A DNA stretch of 64,000 bases from a virus. Lineage: Duplodnaviria > Caudoviricetes. Position numbers and translations under genes: made by a program. The notes under the pieces are model-generated. The model was given only the letters and a program-made list of their open reading frames with translations, was not told the origin of the DNA and searched no databases. Numbering within the stretch: position 1 is the first letter of the stretch; each line of letters starts with the position of its first letter. Location: the IMG/VR virus record IMGVR_UViG_3300017766_003100, positions 154,388 through 218,387 of that record; one strand, given 5' to 3'. This document shows positions 37,126 through 46,666 of the stretch, piece by piece.

Positions 37126-37420
37126 AATACAAGATATTTTTAAAGAAAGATACAAACAAATACCATCTTCTTTATATATAAAAAATGAAAAAATATCCAA
37201 AGAAAACTTGGATAAATTTTTAAGTAAATCTCATTTAATATTTACCAATAAGAAAGTTATTGATAACAAAATAGTTGAATTTGAAAAATTGGTTGAATAT
37301 GACCCAAGTGGAATTCTTATTTACATAGAAGAAGGTATTGATATATTTATTTTTACCACAACAGATAGATTGAATGTTGCGGAGTTTACATTACATAATT
37401 TAATAAAACTTAACAAATAA
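37106..37420 (+). CDS. hypothetical protein
   Basis: ORF track. Confidence 0.6.
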   Translation: MMKHHSKIQDIFKERYKQIPSSLYIKNEKISKENLDKFLSKSHLIFTNKKVIDNKIVEFEKLVEYDPSGILIYIEEGIDIFIFTTTDRLNVAEFTLHNLIKLNK

Positions 37421-37444
37421 AATGGTTTTTTATACTACTTGGTG

Positions 37445-37452
37445 ATATTTAT
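37445..37452 (+). promoter_or_regulatory. putative late promoter
   Basis: ATATTTAT upstream of 37470. Confidence 0.65.
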
Positions 37453-37469
37453 AATAAACACTATGTCGT

Positions 37470-38126
37470 ATGGAAAATGGAAAAATTTATAAGATAACAA
37501 ATACCGAAAATAATAGTTTGTATATTGGTTGTACGATAAACACCCTAAAACATAGATTTGAAGAACATTGTTATCGTTGTTTAAAAACAAATATTAATAC
37601 TAAATTATGTAATAGTATTAGGAAGTATGGTGTTGAGAAGTTTACTATTGAATTGATTGATGAATGTTCTTTGGAAAAAATTTATGAGAGGGAAGTAGAA
37701 CTGATTAAAGAATACAATTCATTTGAAAATGGATTAAACTCTACACTTGGTGGTGAAGGTTGTTTGGGTTATAAACATTCACCAGAAATTAGAGTGAAAA
37801 TCTCTGAAGCAGTTAAAAATGGAAAGTCTCATAAAGGAAAAACTTATGATGAAATTTATGGGGATAGAGTTGAAGAAGAAAAAATTAAAAGAAAAGAAAA
37901 AGTTAAAAATTATTGGGATAATATCTCAGAAGAGGATAAAAAACAAAGATTGTTAAGTCTAAAAAATTCTGTTAGAAAAAATGCTAAATATAGTATAGAA
38001 ACTATACAAAGTATAAAAAAACTTATCAGTGAGAATGTTAAATCAAGTGAAATACATAAACAACACCCCAATGTAAATATAAAAGTTATTTATAGTATTA
38101 AATCGGGGAAAAGATGGAAAGATTAA
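37470..38126 (+). mobile_element. free-standing GIY-YIG homing endonuclease (NUMOD3-type)
   Basis: GKIYKITN...LYIG.T...RFEEH; GLNSTLGGEG..GYKHS.E.R.KIS. Confidence 0.9.
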
Positions 38127-38138
38127 AAATTAAAAAAA

Positions 38139-38447
38139 ATGGAAATTACAGGAGAAGAATTAAAAACTAAAATTGAGGCTGGAGAACAAGTTATTGTTGA
38201 CTTTTTCGCTAATTTTTGCGGCCCGTGTAAGATATATAAACCTACCTTTGAGAAAGTTGCGGAATCTTCAAGTATTCAAATGTACACAATGAATGTGGAA
38301 GAGAACCCAGAATATGCAGTTCAATTGGGTATTAGGGCAGTACCAACAACTAAACTTTTCAGTAATGGTGTAGAAATGTTTTCAAAACCAGGTATGTTAT
38401 CTGAGAATGAATTAAAATCAATAATCAACAATGTCATCAATGGATAA
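38139..38447 (+). CDS. trxA: thioredoxin
   Basis: VDFFANFCGPCK; GIRAVPT. Confidence 0.92.
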   Translation: MEITGEELKTKIEAGEQVIVDFFANFCGPCKIYKPTFEKVAESSSIQMYTMNVEENPEYAVQLGIRAVPTTKLFSNGVEMFSKPGMLSENELKSIINNVING

Positions 38448-38727
38448 TAAGTTAGTCATATTATATACGATGAAGGGATGTCCCCATTGTACAGACTTCA
38501 AAGATATGTTAAAAGAAAATAACATTGAATTCTATGATAGGGATATAAATGAATACTCGGATGAATTTGATATGTTTGTTGAAATAACAGGAAAAGATTA
38601 TGTTCCATCATTTATGTTGGTGGATGAGAGTGAAAGTGATGAACCAATACCAATGTTATTTGCGCCGGAAGTTGATTTCAATGAATTGAATGAAGGATTG
38701 GAAATAATCAAAAAATTTATTTTGTAA
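38431..38727 (+). CDS. glutaredoxin-like protein
   Basis: YT..GCPHC; YVPSF. Confidence 0.88.
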   Translation: MSSMDNKLVILYTMKGCPHCTDFKDMLKENNIEFYDRDINEYSDEFDMFVEITGKDYVPSFMLVDESESDEPIPMLFAPEVDFNELNEGLEIIKKFIL

Positions 38728-38730
38728 TAA

Positions 38731-38759
38731 AAAATGTCCCCAAATATAGGGGACATTTT
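38731..38759. terminator. bidirectional terminator
   Basis: AAAATGTCCCC/GGGGACATTTT between convergent genes. Confidence 0.85.
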
Positions 38760-38762
38760 CAT

Positions 38763-39587
38763 TTAAAATAATATCAAATCTTTTATTCTATCTTTAACCA
38801 ACCAAGGTTTTGAATCTAGTTGGTTTTTTATATCACTATCAATATTAAATTCATTTAAGTATTCGTTTGAGAATTTATTTAAATTAAAATCGAATACATC
38901 CAACACCAACGATTTAATATCTTTATTTGAATAAATTGAATCGCAAATAATATCAATATTTAAATCATCTTCAACCACATCGGTTGTATATTTGAATAAT
39001 ATCTCATCTGTGACCAAAATATCAAAAAGATGATTACAGACATACTCACCATAATAAAACTCTCTCCTACCAAGATTTAGACTATAACCATAAGGGAATG
39101 ATGAAGAGACAGACATAAAGTTTGTTGAATTAAAGATATTCAACTTGTCAGGTAAGAATGGAGAATAGAATTCAAGTTCAAGTTTGTTTGTATAATTGAT
39201 GTTATTTAAAAATTCTTTGTTATATTCACTTGTTTGTCTATTAACTTCTTTAATGACTTCTTTGTGGTATATTGGTCTATCACTTTTATAATATGTGAAA
39301 TAATATTGATTTGGACTAATTGGCTCTCGATAATCAATTAAGTCAATAATACTGAGACTTTTTAGATTAAGAAAATCAAATAGTTTTTTGTTTTCTTCAA
39401 TGAATTCATCTCTGAGTTTATTTAAGTCTATAACAACATCGGATGATGTTGAACCATAAACAACCAAAAAGGATTTAAAATCAATAACTTGGAAACGTGA
39501 TTTATGGATTGGGTTAATGTTTTTTATTATATAATCCGCAAAGAGATTAACCAATCCCTCTTTTGATAATGTGTTAATGTATTTCAT
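38763..39587 (-). CDS. hypothetical protein, possibly a degenerate MetK-fold protein
   Basis: 274-aa ORF; weak MetK-like patterns at both ends, catalytic motifs absent. Confidence 0.6.
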   Translation of the reverse strand: MKYINTLSKEGLVNLFADYIIKNINPIHKSRFQVIDFKSFLVVYGSTSSDVVIDLNKLRDEFIEENKKLFDFLNLKSLSIIDLIDYREPISPNQYYFTYYKSDRPIYHKEVIKEVNRQTSEYNKEFLNNINYTNKLELEFYSPFLPDKLNIFNSTNFMSVSSSFPYGYSLNLGRREFYYGEYVCNHLFDILVTDEILFKYTTDVVEDDLNIDIICDSIYSNKDIKSLVLDVFDFNLNKFSNEYLNEFNIDSDIKNQLDSKPWLVKDRIKDLILF

Positions 39588-39664
39588 AATTTTTTATTCA
39601 ATTTATATGTAAAAAAAATCATACATTAAATAGTTAAATGAAAAAAGGAATACGGATAATCTGT

Positions 39665-39672
39665 CTATTTAT
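39665..39672 (+). promoter_or_regulatory. putative late promoter
   Basis: CTATTTAT upstream of 39699. Confidence 0.6.
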
Positions 39673-39698
39673 GTGTAAACAAATTTTTTATAAAAATT

Positions 39699-40319
39699 AT
39701 GAAAAAAATTATTTTAACTGAATCACAAATCAAAAGTATGATTCGAATGATATTGGAAAATATTGAAGGAGATAATGATATTGATGAATTAAAACGTATT
39801 GCAATAGAACACACGTATAATTCAACACCAGTTAATGAATATGGTTCATTAGAGGATTATATGGATTATGTGAACAATTATTATGAAGATTATTATCTTA
39901 CAAAACATTCAAGTCCAAGTGATGATATTTTAACAACTGATATTAAAACCCCAGAACAAATGGGACAAAAGAAATACAATAGTGTAGATGGTTTTTTTGT
40001 TACAAAAGATTTGAATCTATACTCACATTCATCTTGGGGTAAACAAGGAAAGTCAAATAACTATTATGTTATGATACCCAAAAACCTAAATTTCCTTGAA
40101 ACCGATTATAATTTTAGTAATATCCCTAATTTTTATGATGACTTTAAATTTGAAGGAGTTATGAGTTTGTTTAAATACAATGGGGATAAAGTTAGAGAAT
40201 TGGGTTATGATGTAATTGTTCCTGATGGTGGAAAGAATGAATTGATTGTGGTTAATCCTGAAGATTTAATTGTTTTAGGTTCAACCAAAGATATTGAACA
40301 ATGGTTAAGTAACAAATAA
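39699..40319 (+). CDS. tagged ADP-ribosyltransferase-like protein
   Basis: MKKIILTESQIKSMIRMILE; KHSS, GFFVT, LGYDVI, NELIVVNP pattern. Confidence 0.55.
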   Translation: MKKIILTESQIKSMIRMILENIEGDNDIDELKRIAIEHTYNSTPVNEYGSLEDYMDYVNNYYEDYYLTKHSSPSDDILTTDIKTPEQMGQKKYNSVDGFFVTKDLNLYSHSSWGKQGKSNNYYVMIPKNLNFLETDYNFSNIPNFYDDFKFEGVMSLFKYNGDKVRELGYDVIVPDGGKNELIVVNPEDLIVLGSTKDIEQWLSNK

Positions 40320-40320
40320 A

Positions 40321-40340
40321 AAAGGGACATACAATGTCCC
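40321..40340. terminator. hairpin between convergent genes
   Basis: GGGACAT-ACA-ATGTCCC. Confidence 0.65.
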
Positions 40341-40370
40341 CTCCAAAATCGTACCTACCCTTCAGTGGAT

Positions 40371-40520
40371 TTATTTCTTTTTATAGTACTTCTCAACAAC
40401 TTTCTTGATTGATTCTTGAATGTTGTTATTAGTCACCTGTCTTGGACCTGGTGTATTAGGTGCAGGTGTAGTTGAAGGGGCTGGTTGACTTTGTGGTTTG
40501 TTTTTGCATCCGCACGACAT
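40371..40520 (-). CDS. 49-aa protein starting MSCGCK (start revised)
   Basis: MSCGCKNKPQSQPAP...IQESIKKVVEKYYKKK. Confidence 0.65.
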   Translation of the reverse strand: MSCGCKNKPQSQPAPSTTPAPNTPGPRQVTNNNIQESIKKVVEKYYKKK

Positions 40521-40531
40521 AGTAATGTGTT

Positions 40532-41128
40532 TTAATTGTTTATGATTCCGAATCCGTGTTTGTAACAAGTTTTTCTTAATGTGTCCTTTAATTTGTTACC
40601 ATTATCGACCATTTTATTTCTTAGACAAACTGAAAGTTTAGCTCTAACATTTCTTTCACTTCCAGTTGTAAATCCATTTTCTAATAAATATTTAGCACCA
40701 TCTTTTAAGTTATCAAATATTCTTCGTTCCCCATTTTCTAAGTTAATAAGAAAAAAACTTTTGAAGTTACCATTTTTTTCTTGATTGTACTTTGATAATT
40801 TAAGTTTAACCTTTTCAGTTAAAACATTTCTTCTAGAATCACTAACCAATGCTAAATTGTAACCAAAATCCATTTCGTAGGATTTATATTCATTAATATA
40901 ATGATTTTCTCTTGAAATTAAATCTTTTTCTTCACAATACTCCAATATTTCAAATGTGAAATTATCATCTCCATTTTTATTAAATGATTTTTGTAGATAA
41001 ATGTTATCGTGAATACCTTTTTTTAACATCCAAAAATGTTTATATTGTCGGTTAGAAAGGTTTATTGAACTTCCGATATAAACTTTATTATTTGTTTTGT
41101 TTAATATTTTGTATATACCACAATTCAT
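40532..41128 (-). mobile_element. free-standing GIY-YIG homing endonuclease
   Basis: CGIYKILN...KVYIGSS..L..R...H; H.N..LQ..FNK.G; FGYNL. Confidence 0.9.
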
Positions 41129-41142
41129 AAAAATCTATATAT

Positions 41143-41150
41143 ATAAATAT
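41143..41150 (-). promoter_or_regulatory. putative late promoter
   Basis: ATATTTAT upstream of 41128. Confidence 0.65.
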
Positions 41151-41180
41151 CAAATAACAACTTAATAGTGTATTCTTGGA

Positions 41181-41188
41181 CTATTTAT
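41181..41188 (+). promoter_or_regulatory. putative late promoter
   Basis: CTATTTAT upstream of 41219. Confidence 0.6.
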
Positions 41189-41218
41189 TATATGTAAATA
41201 AAAATATATTTTAATTAT

Positions 41219-42649
41219 ATGAAAAAAATTATCATAGATAGTAAACAATTTGAGAAATTGGTAAAGGTTCTTAAAGAACAAGATGAAGAATATTACAAAA
41301 TATCACCACAAGATTATTTGGATTTATTAAAATACGCATCATATAATCCCAAGGTTACTGGTATTAAAAAGTTTAAAGGTAAACCATTATACATTACAGG
41401 TAATTTGAAATTAATTGGGTCAGATAACACTATGACTAATTTGGGTAATGTTGCAATTGTTGATGGTGATTTGGATGTATCAGGTGTTCCACTTCAAACA
41501 TTGGGAAATGTAAAAGTTATGGGTAGTTTGAACATAAGTAATACCAAAATATCAAGATTGGATGGTGTTTATGTTAAAGGATGGGTTCATGACTATGGAA
41601 CACCAATTGCTGCGATGAGAATGAGAAGAGAAGAATTAAAGAAAATGGGAGAAGCTGAATCAAGGAGAGAAGATAATGATTGGGGATTAGATAATCCTGA
41701 TATTGATGAAGAGGGATTGGCAGCAAATGCTTTATTTAACCATTTAGTTAGAGAGGGTAAATTAGATGAAATAGATGAAGAAACCATTACTGAAATTAAA
41801 TCTAAAATGGAGGAATATGAAGATATTCAATACAGATATAAATCAATAAAAGACACAGCAACCAAAGAAGAATTAGAAAGTTTAGAAGATAAGAGTATTG
41901 ATTTACTTAATGAAATTGAAGAACTAAAATCACAAGGTGCTGATGTATATTATATAATCCCAACAAATTATAAACCTTATGGAACATTATATAGTTTTGA
42001 GGTTACTGGATTGAGGGGTAAAGAATATATGGTTGGAACATATGACGATATGTATGATGCTGCAGTTGACTATCAAGAACAATTATTAGATGAAATTGGA
42101 TTAAATGGGTTGTCTAATTATTTATTAATGGATAATATTGATAAAGAATCTATCAGAGAGTATATTGAGGAGTTTTATGAAAGGGATATAAGGGATTATC
42201 CTGAAGGATATTTTAGAAAACAAGATTTTGAACTAACTGATGAACAAGAGGAAAGAAAAGAACAATTGGAGAATCAGATAAGTGATTTGAAAGAACAATT
42301 GGAAAATACACAAGAGGAAGATGAAATTAATGATTTGGAACAACAAATAGATGAACTTCAAGATGAATTAGATAGTATTGTACCTGATGATGAACCAACA
42401 GAAGAAATGATTGAAGAAAAAGTAAGTAATTATGTTAGAAAAGCTATGGATAATCCAGTTCGTTGGTTAAAAGGTATGGATATGGAAGATAGTATTCATA
42501 GTTATGTTAATGTAAAAGGTGTTGCTGAAGATATTGTTGATAGTGATGGTATTGGAGTAATATCAAGTTATGATGGAACATATGATGATGTCTTTATTTC
42601 AGGACCTGATGGTACTAGATACAATTTTGTTGTTGTAAGAACAAATTAA
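41219..42649 (+). CDS. tagged acidic protein with beta-solenoid/LRR-like repeats and coiled coil
   Basis: MKKIIIDSKQFEKLVKVLKEQ; LGNV..V.G.LD.S repeats. Confidence 0.7.
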   Translation: MKKIIIDSKQFEKLVKVLKEQDEEYYKISPQDYLDLLKYASYNPKVTGIKKFKGKPLYITGNLKLIGSDNTMTNLGNVAIVDGDLDVSGVPLQTLGNVKVMGSLNISNTKISRLDGVYVKGWVHDYGTPIAAMRMRREELKKMGEAESRREDNDWGLDNPDIDEEGLAANALFNHLVREGKLDEIDEETITEIKSKMEEYEDIQYRYKSIKDTATKEELESLEDKSIDLLNEIEELKSQGADVYYIIPTNYKPYGTLYSFEVTGLRGKEYMVGTYDDMYDAAVDYQEQLLDEIGLNGLSNYLLMDNIDKESIREYIEEFYERDIRDYPEGYFRKQDFELTDEQEERKEQLENQISDLKEQLENTQEEDEINDLEQQIDELQDELDSIVPDDEPTEEMIEEKVSNYVRKAMDNPVRWLKGMDMEDSIHSYVNVKGVAEDIVDSDGIGVISSYDGTYDDVFISGPDGTRYNFVVVRTN

Positions 42650-42674
42650 TTTATTTTTTAAAAAACTTTAGTTA

Positions 42675-42682
42675 TATTTTTG
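42675..42682 (+). promoter_or_regulatory. -7 element TAnnTTTG
   Basis: TATTTTTG just upstream of 42685. Confidence 0.5.
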
Positions 42683-42684
42683 AT

Positions 42685-43386
42685 ATGGGAAAAAATAAAT
42701 TAAAGTTTGTGATGGACACAGATTGGATATTTGATGGAGTCATAGACGCAGAACAGAAACAATATGTTTTATTAGGTTATTTCCAAAAATTGAATAAACA
42801 ATTGGAAGAAATGAAAGTCTATCCTATGTTTACTGAAATAACACTACATCTTGCTAATGTCCAAAACATCATCAAAAATAATAAAATATTATATACAGAT
42901 AAGAAACTCACCAGTTATGATGATGAGTTAACTTTTATTGATTTAAAAACAAAAGATTTACCTCCACTCAAAGTCACCGAATTAAACGAACTCAAAACTA
43001 TATTACAATATAGTTTATCCAAACTCCAAGATTACTTTGATATTATTAAATCAATATGGACAGTTGTTTATGATTCAATAGAAATAGTATCGATATATAA
43101 TGAAGATAACATTGGTTCTAAGAAAGGTTATTTCTATACCAAATCTAGTCAAATAATAAAGATTTGGGAGTACAATATCAGAAAGTACAAGGGCTATGAT
43201 AAGTTCAATATTGTAGAAAAATTTGGGGATGATTTATTAAAACATATACACTCATCCGATAATACACTACCAGCATTTTATCTTCATTGTGAAAAAGACA
43301 TACCAATGGAAGAAACTTTAATTCCATTATTCAAGAGAAAGGTTATGTCATATGTATTACAGACAAAAAACTTAACAATAAGGTAA
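42685..43386 (+). CDS. hypothetical protein
   Basis: 233-aa ORF behind a TATTTTTG element. Confidence 0.75.
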   Translation: MGKNKLKFVMDTDWIFDGVIDAEQKQYVLLGYFQKLNKQLEEMKVYPMFTEITLHLANVQNIIKNNKILYTDKKLTSYDDELTFIDLKTKDLPPLKVTELNELKTILQYSLSKLQDYFDIIKSIWTVVYDSIEIVSIYNEDNIGSKKGYFYTKSSQIIKIWEYNIRKYKGYDKFNIVEKFGDDLLKHIHSSDNTLPAFYLHCEKDIPMEETLIPLFKRKVMSYVLQTKNLTIR

Positions 43387-43388
43387 TA
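43370..43388 (+). promoter_or_regulatory. shared operator-like box, copy 1
   Basis: ACTTAACAATAAGGTAATA; TATAAT at 43424. Confidence 0.7.
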
Positions 43389-43456
43389 TTGAAATTTGGT
43401 TTTATTAACAAACTAAGATTATATATAATCAGTTAATAAACCAAAAAAATTATTTT

Positions 43457-44719
43457 ATGAAAAAAGTTTTATTTTTATTCATTGTATTAGCAACAATTTT
43501 AACATCTTGTGGAACAAAAGATAAATGTGTTGATACAATATGTCCAAATGGACAAATTTGTGTTGATGGCACTTGTCAAGGTATATCAACAAATGTTATT
43601 ATCACATCAAACATTACAACAAACACAACTTGGACATCCGACAACATCTATGAATTGGCTGGAAGAATTACCATCACAAATGGTGCAACACTCACAATTG
43701 AACCAGGAACGATTATTAAAGGACAAGCTGGTACAGGTTCAAATGCAACTGCCTTATTAGTATCAAGAGGTTCTAAATTAATCGCAGAAGGAACATCAAA
43801 CCTACCAATCATCTTTACATCTGTTGCGGATGAAATCACATTGGAACAAGTAAGAAATGGTAACTTCGTAAGTCCAAATTTAGACCCAACTTCACAAGGT
43901 TTATGGGGAGGTGTGATTATTCTAGGTTATGCTCCAATATCAGCCTCAGCATCTGAAGTTCAAATTGAGGGAATACCAACGACTGATTTAAATGGTTTAT
44001 ATGGTGGTAATAATCCAAATGACAATTCTGGTGTATTAAAATATGTTTCGATTAGACACGGAGGTGCAAATATTGGAAATGGAAATGAAATCAATGGTTT
44101 AACATTGGGCGGTGTTGGTTCATCAACAATAGTTGAAAATATTGAAATTGTTGGAAACCAAGATGATGGTATTGAATTCTTTGGTGGTAATGTAAATGTT
44201 ACTAATCTTATTGTTTGGTATTCAGGTGATGATGCAATTGATACTGACCAATCTTGGGGTGGAACATTAAATAATTTCATTGTAATATGTGGGAATGCCA
44301 CAGACCACGCATTAGAAATTGATGGTCCTGAAGGTACTTATTTAGCTTCAAATACAATTAAAAATGGTTCAGTTAAAGGTAGTAGTGAAGCTGAATTGGG
44401 TGATTTTAGAGCTTGTCCAAGAGGAAGTTTTGAAAATATTTTCTTCTTTGATTTTCCAGACCCATCAATTAGTGGAAGAGGTGATTTATCAATATCAAAT
44501 CCAACAAATTCTACATGTTCTATAGATAATTTAACTAACGGAGTTTTGACTTTTTCTAATTTACAAGTTATACTTCCTACAAATGTCTTATTGAGTAACG
44601 TGTTCAAAAATGGAACAAGTTCATATGCAACCAATGTAACTAATAGAAGTATTGGTGCAAACAAAACAATATTCAATTGGACTTGGTCGGAACAAGCAAA
44701 TCAGTTATTAGAGTTTTAA
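43457..44719 (+). CDS. Bacteroidota-type surface lipoprotein (Cys-rich EGF-like N-terminus, Gly-rich beta-helix)
   Basis: ILTSC lipobox; CVDTICPNGQICVDGTC; WGGVIILG, DNSGVLKYVSIRHGG, EINGLTLGGVG, QDDGIEFFGG. Confidence 0.85.
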   Translation: MKKVLFLFIVLATILTSCGTKDKCVDTICPNGQICVDGTCQGISTNVIITSNITTNTTWTSDNIYELAGRITITNGATLTIEPGTIIKGQAGTGSNATALLVSRGSKLIAEGTSNLPIIFTSVADEITLEQVRNGNFVSPNLDPTSQGLWGGVIILGYAPISASASEVQIEGIPTTDLNGLYGGNNPNDNSGVLKYVSIRHGGANIGNGNEINGLTLGGVGSSTIVENIEIVGNQDDGIEFFGGNVNVTNLIVWYSGDDAIDTDQSWGGTLNNFIVICGNATDHALEIDGPEGTYLASNTIKNGSVKGSSEAELGDFRACPRGSFENIFFFDFPDPSISGRGDLSISNPTNSTCSIDNLTNGVLTFSNLQVILPTNVLLSNVFKNGTSSYATNVTNRSIGANKTIFNWTWSEQANQLLEF

Positions 44720-44739
44720 TCTAAACACAAACTTATTTA

Positions 44740-44770
44740 AAGGTTCTGACAAAAGTTAGAACCTTTTTTT
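44740..44770 (+). terminator. intrinsic terminator after lipoprotein
   Basis: AAGGTTCTGAC/GTTAGAACCTT plus T-tract. Confidence 0.85.
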
Positions 44771-44793
44771 ATTTACTAAAATCTAATAATCAT

Positions 44794-45000
44794 ATGGAAA
44801 ACCTTAAACTAAGAATGACTCTAACCGATGGAAAAGGTTGGAAAGAAACAAAAATTATTCAATTATCACACTACCTTTTAGAAAAAGAAAAGGGAAATAG
44901 TTTACTTGATGAAACCTTGGAAAAATTAATTGATAGTCAAAAGAATGTTGAAGATAATATTGAACAAAATAAAACAACTTATCAAAAATGGAGACCTTAA
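44794..45000 (+). CDS. hypothetical protein
   Basis: ORF track. Confidence 0.6.
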   Translation: MENLKLRMTLTDGKGWKETKIIQLSHYLLEKEKGNSLLDETLEKLIDSQKNVEDNIEQNKTTYQKWRP

Positions 45001-45236
45001 TGAAAACTTGGGAAAATAAAGAAATGGTTAACCACCCCAGTCATTATGGGGGAGAACAAGACCCATATGAAGTCGTAAAAGTATGTGAGGCTTGGGGACT
45101 TGACAAAGATGCGTATCTATTCAATGTAGTTAAATATGTTGGAAGAGCTGGTAAAAAAGATAAAAATAAAGAAGTTGAAGACCTTAAAAAAGCTCTTTGG
45201 TATCTTAATAGAAAAATTGAAAACCTACAGAAGTAA
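44988..45236 (+). CDS. DUF3310 (SaV-like) protein
   Basis: VNHPSHYGG; NVVKYVGRAGKK; EDLKKALWYL. Confidence 0.9.
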   Translation: METLMKTWENKEMVNHPSHYGGEQDPYEVVKVCEAWGLDKDAYLFNVVKYVGRAGKKDKNKEVEDLKKALWYLNRKIENLQK

Positions 45237-46307
45237 ATGAACGTACTGAGTCTTTTTGATGGGATGAGTTGTGGACAAATCGCATTGAATCGTGTTGGGA
45301 TTAAATATGAAAATTATTATGCTTCTGAGGTAGATAAACATAGTATCAAAGTAACCCAACACAACTATCCTAACACGATTCAATTGGGAGATATTACACA
45401 AATAAATGGAAGTGATTTACCAACAATTACATTGATGTGTGGTGGGTCACCCTGTCAAAATCTTTCATTTGCTGGTAAAATGAAAGGGATGTCAACAAAA
45501 GAAGATATTGAAATATTAACATTAGAACAGTATCTTAAATTAAAAGATGAAGGTTTTGAATTTCAAGGACAATCATATTTGTTTTGGGAATATGTAAGGC
45601 TATTAAAAGAAGTTAAACCAAAATATTTTTTATTGGAGAATGTTAAAATGTTAAAAAAATGGGAAACCATAATAAGTAATGTCTTGGGATTAGAACCGAT
45701 TGAAATAAATTCAACCTTGGTTTCAGCCCAAAACAGAAGAAGATTATATTGGACAAACATTCCAAATATTAATCAACCAATTGACAAAGGAATTACTTTA
45801 AAAGATATCATTGTTGATGACTCTTGTAATATGACTATTGATGAAAAAATAGATTCATTAACTAAGTCTTATGGTAACCCTATAACCATTAATGAAGATG
45901 GTATTGTAACACTATATGCGAATAATGGAAAAAGAGTTAATATAGATTTATCCAACGAAGTACCATTTTCATTTTATGAAACTAGAACTAAGGAGGGTAA
46001 AGAAATGAGGAGAAAAATAAGAATTGAAACTGGTAGAGATTCAACTCCAAGGAGTAAAGAATTTAAGATGTATGCACCAAATAAAAATAACAAAGGTAAT
46101 TGTTTAGTAACTGTTGAAAGTCCTTTAGATTTTATTGTTGACTCAACTTGGAAATACAGAAAACTTTACCGAATTGAAATGGAAAGACTACAAACAATAC
46201 CTAATGGATATACTAATGTTGTAAGTGATAGTCAAGCAAGAAAGATGTTAGGTAACGGATGGACAGTTGATGTAATAACACATATATTTAAAAACATAGA
46301 ATTATGA
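45237..46307 (+). CDS. dcm: C5-cytosine DNA methyltransferase
   Basis: SLFDGMSCG, GGSPCQ, LENV, QNRRRLYW, LGNGW. Confidence 0.95.
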   Translation: MNVLSLFDGMSCGQIALNRVGIKYENYYASEVDKHSIKVTQHNYPNTIQLGDITQINGSDLPTITLMCGGSPCQNLSFAGKMKGMSTKEDIEILTLEQYLKLKDEGFEFQGQSYLFWEYVRLLKEVKPKYFLLENVKMLKKWETIISNVLGLEPIEINSTLVSAQNRRRLYWTNIPNINQPIDKGITLKDIIVDDSCNMTIDEKIDSLTKSYGNPITINEDGIVTLYANNGKRVNIDLSNEVPFSFYETRTKEGKEMRRKIRIETGRDSTPRSKEFKMYAPNKNNKGNCLVTVESPLDFIVDSTWKYRKLYRIEMERLQTIPNGYTNVVSDSQARKMLGNGWTVDVITHIFKNIEL

Positions 46308-46666
46308 ATAAGATTTTTTTGATTGATATTGATGGAACAATATGCGAAGATATTAACAATGAAGATTCCCATTTATTTCCATTTGCATTACACTTTGAAG
46401 ATAGTAGATTACTATTAAATAAGTGGTATGATGAAGGAAACATTATAACTTTTTTTACCGCAAGAGAGTCAAAAGATAGACATATTACGGAAGATTGGTT
46501 AAGATTGAAAGGATTCAAATTCCACGGACTAATAATGGATAAACCAAGATGTAAGGATGGTCAAGAATATCATTGGATTGATAATAGACCAGTCAAAGCA
46601 ACAACTTACAAAGGTACTTGGAGTGAATTAATAAAAACAGAAACAAAAATAGAAGTGTTTAAATGA
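46304..46666 (+). CDS. small HAD-family phosphatase
   Basis: DIDGT motif I, FFTAR motif II, IMDKPR, WIDN. Confidence 0.85.
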   Translation: MNKIFLIDIDGTICEDINNEDSHLFPFALHFEDSRLLLNKWYDEGNIITFFTARESKDRHITEDWLRLKGFKFHGLIMDKPRCKDGQEYHWIDNRPVKATTYKGTWSELIKTETKIEVFK

